From an uncultured Bacteroidales bacterium (GTDB lineage Bacteria > Bacteroidota > Bacteroidia > Bacteroidales > ML635J-15), in NCBI GenBank assembly GCA_905234755.1, contig CAJOIT010000007.1:50-64049 (forward strand): DNA of 64,000 nt. Reading direction: 5' to 3'. A program made the position numbers and the translations under genes. Shown piece after piece: positions 52,384 to 61,500 of the stretch. The notes beneath the pieces are model-generated. The model worked only from the letters and a program-made list of their open reading frames with translations. It made no database searches and was not told the origin of the DNA. Position 1 is the first letter of the stretch. Every line of letters begins with the position of its first letter.

Positions 52384-53829
52384 ATGAAATTAGTTGGTCG
52401 AAAAGAGGAAATAAAACTTCTAGAAAGCTTATATTCAAGCGGCAACGCAGAATTTGTTGCCATGTACGGACGCAGGCGAGTTGGAAAGACTTTTTTGCTC
52501 GGTGAACTTTTTAGGTCGCGGATGACATTTTGGCACACAGGATTACCACCATACGACAGGGATAAAACATATCTTCTTCGTGACCAGCTTCAGGCGTTTC
52601 ATTATTCGCTTGAAGAATATGGATTAAAAGGGTATCAGTGTCCAACATCGTGGCTTGAAGCTTTCCACCAGCTCACAATTCTATTGAAACAAAAAGACAA
52701 TGGAAGTAGGCAGGTTGTTTTTATTGACGAGTTGCCGTGGATGGATACTGCAAGGTCAAGATTTATCCCAGCTTTCGAACAATTTTGGAACGGATGGGCA
52801 TCGCGTAGAAGCAACATTATGCTTATCGTATGCGGATCTGCAACATCGTGGATGACAGACAACCTCATAAATAACAAAGGCGGACTTTATAACCGGCTTA
52901 CTCGTGAGATAAAACTAAGTCCTTTTAAACTAAATGAATGCGAGGATTTTTTGAAAGCGAAGGGCGTCGCAATGAGCCGCTACGAAATTACACAGGCATA
53001 TATGATTCTTGGTGGTATTCCGCACTATTTTAATTTCTTTGAGAAAGGTAACAGCTTGGCTCAAAGCATCGACAAAATGTTTTTTGCGGAGAATGCGCCT
53101 TTGCGTTTCGAATATCAAAGACTTTTCGGCTCGTTGTTTACTAGCCCAAACCTTCCGATGAAGATAGTAGAACTTCTTGCTACAAAACGGCAAGGGTTTT
53201 CTCGCAGGGAAATACTAGAAAAAGTTGGCGTTCAAGATAGTGGAAGTTTTTCTGACATTATGAATGCATTGCAATCTAGCGACTTAATTGTACAATACAA
53301 ACCCTTTGGCGAGTCTAAACGCAAGGAAAAATTCAAGTTGGTGGACAATTTTTGCTTATTCAATCTAAAATTTGCCGATGCCATAAAGAAAAACTCAGCA
53401 CAATATTGGCAAAAAAACTACAATTCGTCAAAACTAAACGTATGGCGTGGATTTGCTTTTGAGGAAGTTTGTTTTGTTCATATACAGCAGATAAAAAAAG
53501 CATTAGGATTTTCAAGTGTAAGCAGTACGCAGTCTGGATGGATATTACAAGGGAGTGAGAATGCCTCGGGTACTCAGATAGATATGATTATCGAACGTAG
53601 TGATAATGTTGTAAACCTTTGTGAAATAAAGTATTACGGTAAACAATTCCTCATTGATAAATCCTACGATGAAATTCTCCGCAATCGCCTACAGACACTC
53701 ATCGACCGACTTCCAGGTAAGAAAACAGTTCATCTTACTATGATAACGACTTTCGGGCTATCTCCCAACGAATACAGCGGTCAGATACAATCGCTTGTTA
53801 CCCTTGATGACTTGTTCAAGGACGAGTAA
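52384..53829 (+). CDS. ATPase, archaeal-ATPase (ATPase_2)/DUF234 family
   Basis: 481 aa from MKLVGRKEEIKLLESLY...MYGRRRVGKTFLL (Walker A), with Walker B VVFIDELPW and a DUF234-like C-terminus. Confidence 0.8.
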   Translation: MKLVGRKEEIKLLESLYSSGNAEFVAMYGRRRVGKTFLLGELFRSRMTFWHTGLPPYDRDKTYLLRDQLQAFHYSLEEYGLKGYQCPTSWLEAFHQLTILLKQKDNGSRQVVFIDELPWMDTARSRFIPAFEQFWNGWASRRSNIMLIVCGSATSWMTDNLINNKGGLYNRLTREIKLSPFKLNECEDFLKAKGVAMSRYEITQAYMILGGIPHYFNFFEKGNSLAQSIDKMFFAENAPLRFEYQRLFGSLFTSPNLPMKIVELLATKRQGFSRREILEKVGVQDSGSFSDIMNALQSSDLIVQYKPFGESKRKEKFKLVDNFCLFNLKFADAIKKNSAQYWQKNYNSSKLNVWRGFAFEEVCFVHIQQIKKALGFSSVSSTQSGWILQGSENASGTQIDMIIERSDNVVNLCEIKYYGKQFLIDKSYDEILRNRLQTLIDRLPGKKTVHLTMITTFGLSPNEYSGQIQSLVTLDDLFKDE

Positions 53830-53955
53830 TTGGAAGGATTTGGAGTAAAGTTGGCACGACTTGTCCCCAAATGTACTTAAAATAACATAGATTTGGAGGA
53901 ATGTTACTATGACTTTTCTCCAAATCTCATATTATACCTGCTATCCGATTTGCCC

Positions 53956-54109
53956 TTACAACTTTGTACACAATACAATAACAGCAATTCCGACAATAGC
54001 AAAAAAGCCAATCTGCACCATGACCAACTTTGTGCGCCTAAATTTATTTGCAAGCGCTTCGTACCCTTCTTTCAAGTACGACTGGACAAGGTTAAGAATG
54101 CTTATTGCA
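53956..54109 (-). pseudogene. Truncated paralogue (C-terminal ~50 codons) of the DUF1232 gene
   Basis: My minus-strand translation is ILAISILNLVQSYLKEGYEALANKFRRTKLVMVQIGFFAIVGIAVIVLCTKL*. It aligns with ...SLNLIQSYLKESNEHLAKIVKGIKWVIIVLGVLIIAIIALVV of 51624-51932. It has an in-frame stop just upstream and no start codon. Confidence 0.55.
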
Positions 54110-54194
54110 AGTATTCAAAAAATCGTAAATCAAAAATCCAAAATCGCCAATATTATTGTATCTTCGCAACCGCTAATTACAAACATTTACAGCA

Positions 54195-55574
54195 ATGGAA
54201 TATCGTGAAGAAAAGGATACCATGGGAATTGTTCAGGTTCCTGCCGACAAGTATTGGGGGGCACAGACGCAGCGCTCGTTTCAGAATTTCAGGATTGGCG
54301 GACGAATGCCAATAGAAATAATACGCGCTTTTGCAGTGCTGAAAAAATCAACCGCTAAGGCAAACGAGGAACTTGGCAAACTGACATTAGAAAAATCGGA
54401 ATTAATTGCAAAAGTGTGCAACGAAATCCTTGATGGTCAACTTGATGACCAGTTTCCTCTGGTGGTTTGGCAGACTGGTTCAGGAACGCAGACAAACATG
54501 AATGTCAACGAGGTGATTGCTAACCGTGCTCATGTAATTTCCGGCGGAAAGCTTACCGATGGCAAAAAAGTCATGCATCCCAACGATGATGTGAACAAGA
54601 GCCAGTCGTCCAACGACACTTTTCCCACGGCAATGCACATAGCGGCAAAGCAGGTTATTGAAACGAAAACCATTCCGGCTATCGAAAAGCTTCGCGATGC
54701 TCTTGATGTAAAATCCAAAGAATTTGCCGACATCATAAAGACTGGCAGAACCCATTTCATGGATGCTACGCCGATAAGTTTCGGTCAGGAATTTTCGGGC
54801 TATGTCTCACAACTTGACCATGGACTTAAAGCGCTGAAACACAGTTTGTCGCATTTGTCGGAACTGGCTATTGGTGGTACGGCTGTCGGCACAGGTCTAA
54901 ATGCCCCGAAAGGTTTCGATGAGGCTGTGTGCAGGCATATTTCTGCCGAAACTGGCTTGCAGTTCGTCCCTGCTCCAAACAAGTTCGAGTCGCTGGCTTC
55001 CCACGACGCCATTGTTGAAACTCATGCCGCACTGAAGCAACTAGCCGTAAGTCTTGCAAAAATAGCAGGTGATTTGCGCTATATGGCAAGCGGTCCTCGT
55101 TGTGGTTTTGCCGAAATCCTCATTCCCGAAAACGAACCCGGTTCATCAATTATGCCCGGCAAAGTCAACCCTACCCAAATCGAAGCAATGACAATGGTCT
55201 GCGCTCAGATTATTGGCAACGATACGGCAATAACAGTTGGTGGAATGAATGGACATTTTGAACTTAATGTGTATAAGCCGTTAATTATAAAGAATTTCTT
55301 GGAGTCGGCAAATCTTATGGCGGAAGCATGCATTTCGCTTACCGACAACTGCGTTTCGGGAATCCGTATAAACGAGGTAAAGGTTTCAGAGTACATGAAA
55401 ATGTCGCTTATGCTTGTAACTGCCCTGAACGAGAAAATAGGTTACGAAAAGGCAGCAATCATTGCAAAGACGGCTCACAAGGAGAACATTTCGCTTCGTG
55501 AGGCAGCATTGAAAACGGGCTTTATATCGGCAGAAGACTTCGATTCAGTAGTTGATCCGCGTAAAATGGTATAA
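54195..55574 (+). CDS. fumC: Fumarate hydratase, class II
   Basis: 459 aa. It has [21 protein letters not shown] and the signature [13 protein letters not shown]. Confidence 0.9.
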   Translation: MEYREEKDTMGIVQVPADKYWGAQTQRSFQNFRIGGRMPIEIIRAFAVLKKSTAKANEELGKLTLEKSELIAKVCNEILDGQLDDQFPLVVWQTGSGTQTNMNVNEVIANRAHVISGGKLTDGKKVMHPNDDVNKSQSSNDTFPTAMHIAAKQVIETKTIPAIEKLRDALDVKSKEFADIIKTGRTHFMDATPISFGQEFSGYVSQLDHGLKALKHSLSHLSELAIGGTAVGTGLNAPKGFDEAVCRHISAETGLQFVPAPNKFESLASHDAIVETHAALKQLAVSLAKIAGDLRYMASGPRCGFAEILIPENEPGSSIMPGKVNPTQIEAMTMVCAQIIGNDTAITVGGMNGHFELNVYKPLIIKNFLESANLMAEACISLTDNCVSGIRINEVKVSEYMKMSLMLVTALNEKIGYEKAAIIAKTAHKENISLREAALKTGFISAEDFDSVVDPRKMV

Positions 55575-55627
55575 TCGGTTTTCTTGTTTTGACAATAAAT
55601 AATAATTTTGCGCAAATTTTTTTTTGC

Positions 55628-57487
55628 ATGTGCGGAATAACAGGATTCTACTCTATAAGGCATAATCAGTTCGCCACTCAGGAAGAACTGAAGGCAATGA
55701 CCGACTGCATAGGACATCGTGGTCCCGATGCGCAAGGTCATTACTACAACGACTATGTGGGACTTGGTCACCGCCGCCTTAGCATCATTGACCTGTCGAC
55801 CGATGCCAACCAGCCAATGGAGTCGCATTCAATGCGTTACACATGCGTCTTCAACGGCGAGATATACAACTATATGGAAATTGCATCGGAACTTAATATC
55901 GAACTTAAGACCAACTGTGATACCGAAGTTGTTGTGGAGGCTTTTGCCGAATGGGGAATCACTTTTGTAAACAAGCTTAACGGAATATTCGCCATCTGCA
56001 TCTACGACAAGCAGGAGCGTAAAATGTACCTTTTCCGCGACAGACTTGGAATAAAACCACTTTTCTACTATTGGGACGGCGAAAATTTTGCTTTCTCATC
56101 GGAAATAAAATCCTTGCTGAAAATCCGCAAAATCCGCGAAGGAAGACAACTTAACAATATAGCAATCAGCGGATTCCTTAATTTGGGATTCATACCAGAA
56201 CCTGATACCATATATTCCAGCATAAAAAAATTTCCTAGCGGAGAAGTAGGCATTGTGTCTGAGAATGGTTTTCGTTCCGAAACATATTGGGATGTTGAGG
56301 GCATAATCCGCAGAAATGTGATAACCGAATACGATGAGGCAAAATTGCGTATCAAGGAGACATTGGAATCGGCGGTAAAAATGCAACTTATGAGCGATGT
56401 GCCGTTTGGTACATTTCTTAGTGGTGGCATCGATTCGAGTCTTGTGACGGCAATTGCATCCAAGGTTTGCACGGGCAAGTTGAACACATTCTCCATTGGT
56501 TTTGCCGACCGCAAGCACGATGAGTCGGAGTATGCACAAAAGATTGCCGAATATCTTGGAACGACGCATCATAAATATACTGTCACCGAAGACGATGCGA
56601 AGGAACTCATAAGCGATATGCTTGATTTCTACGATGAACCGTTTGCCGATTCATCGGCAGTTCCTACAATGATGGTCTCGAAACTTGCCAAGCGCGATGT
56701 GACAATGGTTCTTTCGGGCGATGGAGGCGATGAACTTTTCCATGGCTACGGGGCATACATCTGGGCAAAAAGGATGAACAGTTTGGGCAAAAAGCCGATA
56801 AAGCAACTTATTGGCGACATACTGAGCATTTCTCCGTCCGACAGGTACAAACGCGCATCGTACATATTCAAGTACAAGAATAAAGCTCATCTGAAGAGTC
56901 ATATTTTCTCGCAGGAGCAGTATCTTTTCAGCGAACTGGAGCTTGCCAAGTTGCTCAACGGAAATTATGTCGATGCTGGCGTGGAGCAGGACTACTCCAA
57001 CTATGTGCGCAAACTTACACCCGAGGAGGCACAAGCGATTTTCGACATTCGCTACTACCTGAAAGACGACTTGCTTGTGAAGGTTGACCGCGCATCAATG
57101 AAGTACGGGTTGGAATGCAGAGTGCCGATTCTCGACCATAGACTTGTGGAACTCGCATTGAATATTAGTCCTAAGTTTAAGATTTCCAACGGAGTGCAAA
57201 AATTCATACTGAAGGACATTTTGTATGATTATGTTCCTAAGGAATTTTTCGACCGACCAAAGAGCGGATTCTCCATACCGTTGGAGCGCTGGCTACAAAC
57301 AGACCTTTCGTATCTCATCAGCGACTATCTTAACAACGACATTATCGCAAGGTATAACATTGTAAATAACGATGAGGTACAAAAGCTTATTAAAAAGTTC
57401 AATGCTGGACACGGATACCTTTACAACCGAATCTGGGCTTTGATAGTCATGCACAAGTTCTTGGTAAAGAACGAAAGAATGGAGTAA
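55628..57487 (+). CDS. asnB: Asparagine synthase (glutamine-hydrolysing)
   Basis: 619 aa from MCGITGF (Cys2 nucleophile). It has the PP-loop SGGIDSS. The track's earlier start (55589) is an upstream extension. Confidence 0.85.
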   Translation: MCGITGFYSIRHNQFATQEELKAMTDCIGHRGPDAQGHYYNDYVGLGHRRLSIIDLSTDANQPMESHSMRYTCVFNGEIYNYMEIASELNIELKTNCDTEVVVEAFAEWGITFVNKLNGIFAICIYDKQERKMYLFRDRLGIKPLFYYWDGENFAFSSEIKSLLKIRKIREGRQLNNIAISGFLNLGFIPEPDTIYSSIKKFPSGEVGIVSENGFRSETYWDVEGIIRRNVITEYDEAKLRIKETLESAVKMQLMSDVPFGTFLSGGIDSSLVTAIASKVCTGKLNTFSIGFADRKHDESEYAQKIAEYLGTTHHKYTVTEDDAKELISDMLDFYDEPFADSSAVPTMMVSKLAKRDVTMVLSGDGGDELFHGYGAYIWAKRMNSLGKKPIKQLIGDILSISPSDRYKRASYIFKYKNKAHLKSHIFSQEQYLFSELELAKLLNGNYVDAGVEQDYSNYVRKLTPEEAQAIFDIRYYLKDDLLVKVDRASMKYGLECRVPILDHRLVELALNISPKFKISNGVQKFILKDILYDYVPKEFFDRPKSGFSIPLERWLQTDLSYLISDYLNNDIIARYNIVNNDEVQKLIKKFNAGHGYLYNRIWALIVMHKFLVKNERME

Positions 57488-57633
57488 TATTCATTAAAGT
57501 CATTCCACAAGTCAGAACATACACGCGATACAGAATGGGGAGCGTTGTAATGTTCGACTGTGCGGAACGCTACAGCCTCGTGAAGCAAAGCGAACAATCT
57601 CCTTTTCTCTGCGTTTAGAGATAGATTTCTGTA

Positions 57634-58368
57634 TTAAGCTAAATATTTTTTCTTGCGGAATACGCTCTGCAATTTCATTTTCAGCACACCGAAAACAGCT
57701 TCGCCTATAATTCCACCACTCATCTTCGATGAGCCTTTCTGTCTGTCAGTAAAGATGATAGAAACTTCCTCAATCTTGAAACCGTGCAACCATGCCTTGA
57801 ATTTCATTTCTATCTGGAAGGCGTAGCCAATCATCTTTATGTGGTCGAGGTTTATGGTTTCAAGTACCTTCCGGCTGTAGCACACGAAGCCGGCGGTTGT
57901 GTCGTTCAGTTTCATGCGTGTGATGAAGCGTACATATTTCGATGCGAAGTAGGAGAGAAGTATTCTCTTCATCGGCCAGTTGACCACATTTACGCCAGTC
58001 TTGTAGCGCGAACCTACGGCGACATCGGCACCTTCCTTGCAGGCTTTGTACAGGTTTTGCAGGTCGGCGGGATTGTGCGAAAAGTCGGCATCCATCTCGT
58101 AAATATATTCATATCCAGCATCTAGGCACCATTTGAAGCCCATGATGTAGGCCGTGCCAAGTCCAAGTTTGCCACTGCGTTCGATAATGAACAGTCGTTC
58201 TGGATATTCCGACATCAGTTTTTTCACTACATCGGCAGTGCCATCAGGCGAACCATCGTCAACAATAAGTATGTCGAACCGAGTTTCAAGTCCAAATACA
58301 TAACGGATTATGGCCTCGATGTTCTCGATTTCATTGTAGGTCGGTATTATGACAATGTTTTCTTTCAT
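57634..58368 (-). CDS. GT2 polyprenol-phosphate mannosyl/glycosyl-transferase (DPM1-like)
   Basis: 244 aa. It has IIPTYNEIENI, IVDDGSPDGT and EMDADFSH. Confidence 0.8.
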   Translation of the reverse strand: MKENIVIIPTYNEIENIEAIIRYVFGLETRFDILIVDDGSPDGTADVVKKLMSEYPERLFIIERSGKLGLGTAYIMGFKWCLDAGYEYIYEMDADFSHNPADLQNLYKACKEGADVAVGSRYKTGVNVVNWPMKRILLSYFASKYVRFITRMKLNDTTAGFVCYSRKVLETINLDHIKMIGYAFQIEMKFKAWLHGFKIEEVSIIFTDRQKGSSKMSGGIIGEAVFGVLKMKLQSVFRKKKYLA

Positions 58369-58522
58369 AAGAAAAATTTAGGTTGCAAAGATACAATTTT
58401 ATTTTTGATTTACGATTTTAGATTTTAGACTGGCGCAGTGTTGTTATTTTAGATTTTGCTTTTCTAAAAAAAAAATTTTTTCAAAAAATTGGTTGCAAAA
58501 GCAGTAATATGAAAATTTTATC

Positions 58523-58530
58523 TATCTTTG
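58523..58530 (+). promoter_or_regulatory. -7 promoter box (TAtcTTTG) for the GLUG-motif gene
   Basis: Exact TAnnTTTG match 69 nt upstream of ATG 58599. Confidence 0.45.
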
Positions 58531-58598
58531 TAATTTTCACGGATTAGTGTCTAAGTTTTGGCACTATATTTGATGGTTTAACATATATTTGATTATAT

Positions 58599-61500
58599 AT
58601 GAGAAGAAATATTTTTACTTTGTTGATTATCATGCTGTTGTGTAGCAGTAGCATGATGGCTCAGTTTAATGGTTTCGGAACGCAGTCCGAGCCATATCTT
58701 ATTTCGTCACAACAGGATTTGGATAATTTTGTGAGGGCTGTTAATAATGGGAATTCTTTTTCTGGCAAATTTTTCAAGCAAACGGCTGACATCGATTTAG
58801 TGGATTCACAGATTTTCTCTGATGGATTTACGCCTATTGGTAATGAAAACAACCCATTTTCGGGTACATACGATGGTGATGGGCATTCAATTTCAAAACT
58901 GACTATCTCTGGATATTATAATGCCGCAATGTTCGGTTGTGTTTATTCAGGATGCGTAAAGAATCTGAATTTTGAGAATGTGAACATCGCTGTAAGCGGA
59001 GATGTTTCTATAGCAGCGGCTGCAGTTGCACTTGCTTACAATTCAACTTTCTCCAATATTACTGCAAGCGGACAATTGTCAGCATCAGACAGATTAAACA
59101 GTGTAACGCTTGCCGGAATTGTCGGCACATCGACCAGCAGCACCATTTCTGGATGTGTGAGCATGTTGTCGTTTGATGTTGATGATGTGTATTCCGATGT
59201 GGTAAGGATTGCTGGCATTACTTACTCTGGAGGACAGCAGAATACTGTAAGCAATTGTTTGGTGTCAACTTTCATCCGTGGCGAATATGAAAATTATTTT
59301 CCGATAAGTGACAATGGTACGATTTCAAAATGTGTGCTTGCAGAGTCAAATGGTGTGCCGTCGGAATTATCGGCAACCTATAGCAACTGCTATTTTGACC
59401 ATCAGAACACAATCATTGCCGATTTTCCAAACCAGCAAATTTACATAGATGGATTCAGTGCTTTGCCTACGACATCGATGACTTCGGGAGCGCTGTTTAA
59501 CGATGAGGCATGGACAGAAACCGCAGGACTTTATCCAAGGCCAGCTTCGGTTGCCAATACCGGAATTGCAATTCTTGCAGCTTCGCCAATGACACTTAAT
59601 ACAACAGACTGCATAACATCGGTATCATCGAATTTTACGGTATCCACACAGAACAATGTGCTGTGGCATAGCGAAAGCGAATGCGTACAGATAAGCGGTA
59701 CCAACGCTACGGTTACACACAGGGAGTCAGATTTGGTTGCCGAGATTTATGCATATAGGAACAGCCTGATGAAAACTTTGCAAATTACTGTTCTCAACAA
59801 TGCATACGGCTCTAAGGTAAATCCGATACTCTTGAGTACAGCTGATGACTTTTTTGCATTGTCTGATATGAGGTGGGACATTCTGTTAACCGATTCAACA
59901 AATTTGGATCTCTTGTATGAGGCATATACAAATGGAGAACTTTATTTCCTTGTAGATTCAGATGTTACTTTAGGCAATTGGACTCCAATAGGATCTGGTT
60001 CTCCATTTAGATGTCATTTCGATGGAGGCAACCACACAATAACAATAGATAGTTTGTATGGAAATTCCTACTATTATGGTTTGTTTAGCCTAATAGAAGG
60101 AGCCGATATTTCCAATGTTACAGTTAATTATGTAGCAGTACCAACAAATGGTTACTCTCAGGTAGGAGGAATATCGGCGTACGCAACATCATCAGTAATA
60201 TCCAACTGCAAAGTAATGGGACAACTTTATGATTATTTCTATCCAGAAGACTTTGGATTTTTTGGAGGTTTTGTCGCTGTTGCAGAAGAGACTTCATTCT
60301 ACAATTGTGTAAATGCGGCCGAGTTATATATGTATGCCGGTGATGTAGGTGTATCAACTGGCGGTATTGTTGGTAAGGGAACAAATGTTGCCTTGTACTC
60401 TTGTACGAACTTGGGATATATTCACGGCTATCCCGATCAGGGGTATGTAGGTAGTTTAATTGGTGAAGTTAATACGGCAACAATTGTAGGCTGCGCCAAC
60501 TTTGCCGATATGGAGCTGAGGGATGAGGAACCGGGAGCATTTATCGGTCAGGCTGATGATGTTATATTTCAGGATTGTGCCAACTATGGTGGCAATTTTG
60601 TGCCATTTGCATATTATTCATCGAATATGACCTTCATAAACTCAATCAATGTGCCGGGCAATACATCTTCCATCGGATACGATAGGGACATTGCAACAAT
60701 ATTCGACCGAAATGCGACGTCCGACCAACCCCAATATTTATTTACGAACAATTACACCGACATTCAGATTGTTCCCGCTACTGGTCACGGCACTGGTATC
60801 AGAGGGCTTCTTACATCGGAACTTACTTCGGCTTCGGCTGAAAGCCTGAATTTAGACCCAAACAAGTGGACTTTCATCAGTGGTCGTTACCCTGTGCCTT
60901 CGGGAACGGAATATAACAACGATTTGGCAATTCTGGCGACAACACCATTTTTCTTGTCGGCAAACAGTGGCGACGACTACGAAACCATAAATGCCATACG
61001 CACTGGCATAAACTTGAATTCGGGAAACAATATCGTGTGGTTGCTCGACTCTACATTGGTTGTTAGCGGATTTGTTGACTTGGATTCTTTGCGACAGGAT
61101 TCGGTAAGTGTACCGAAGTCAATAGTGGCAACTCTTGGAGAACAGGTACGGGAATACGGCTTTTTGCTTGCACCAAGGGTGGCAACTCCCGAAAACCCAC
61201 TGCTAATTGAATCGCTCAGCGACTTCAACGAATTTGCACAGGTATTGGCATATTCCGGTACCAATAGTGGTGAAACATCTCCTTTGACGAGATATAAAGG
61301 CGTTAACGTAACCAACTATGGTGCAGGGCTTAGTTTCAAGCTTACAGCAGACATTTCTGCCAGTGATGCTAATATTTCAATGATAAGCCGCTTCTCTGGC
61401 AATTTCAACGGAGGAGGTCATACCATTACTTTGACAACCAGCGACCTTTCTGGTACGAATGTCAGTTCAAGTCCTATCGGATTATTCTGTACAATAGAAA

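Noticed and set aside
53893-54315. 140-aa and 99-aa + strand ORFs between ATPase 3 and fumC
   Set aside because: They overlap each other, the fumC start and the minus-strand DUF1232 remnant. The first starts at a non-ATG codon. The sequences are low-complexity.
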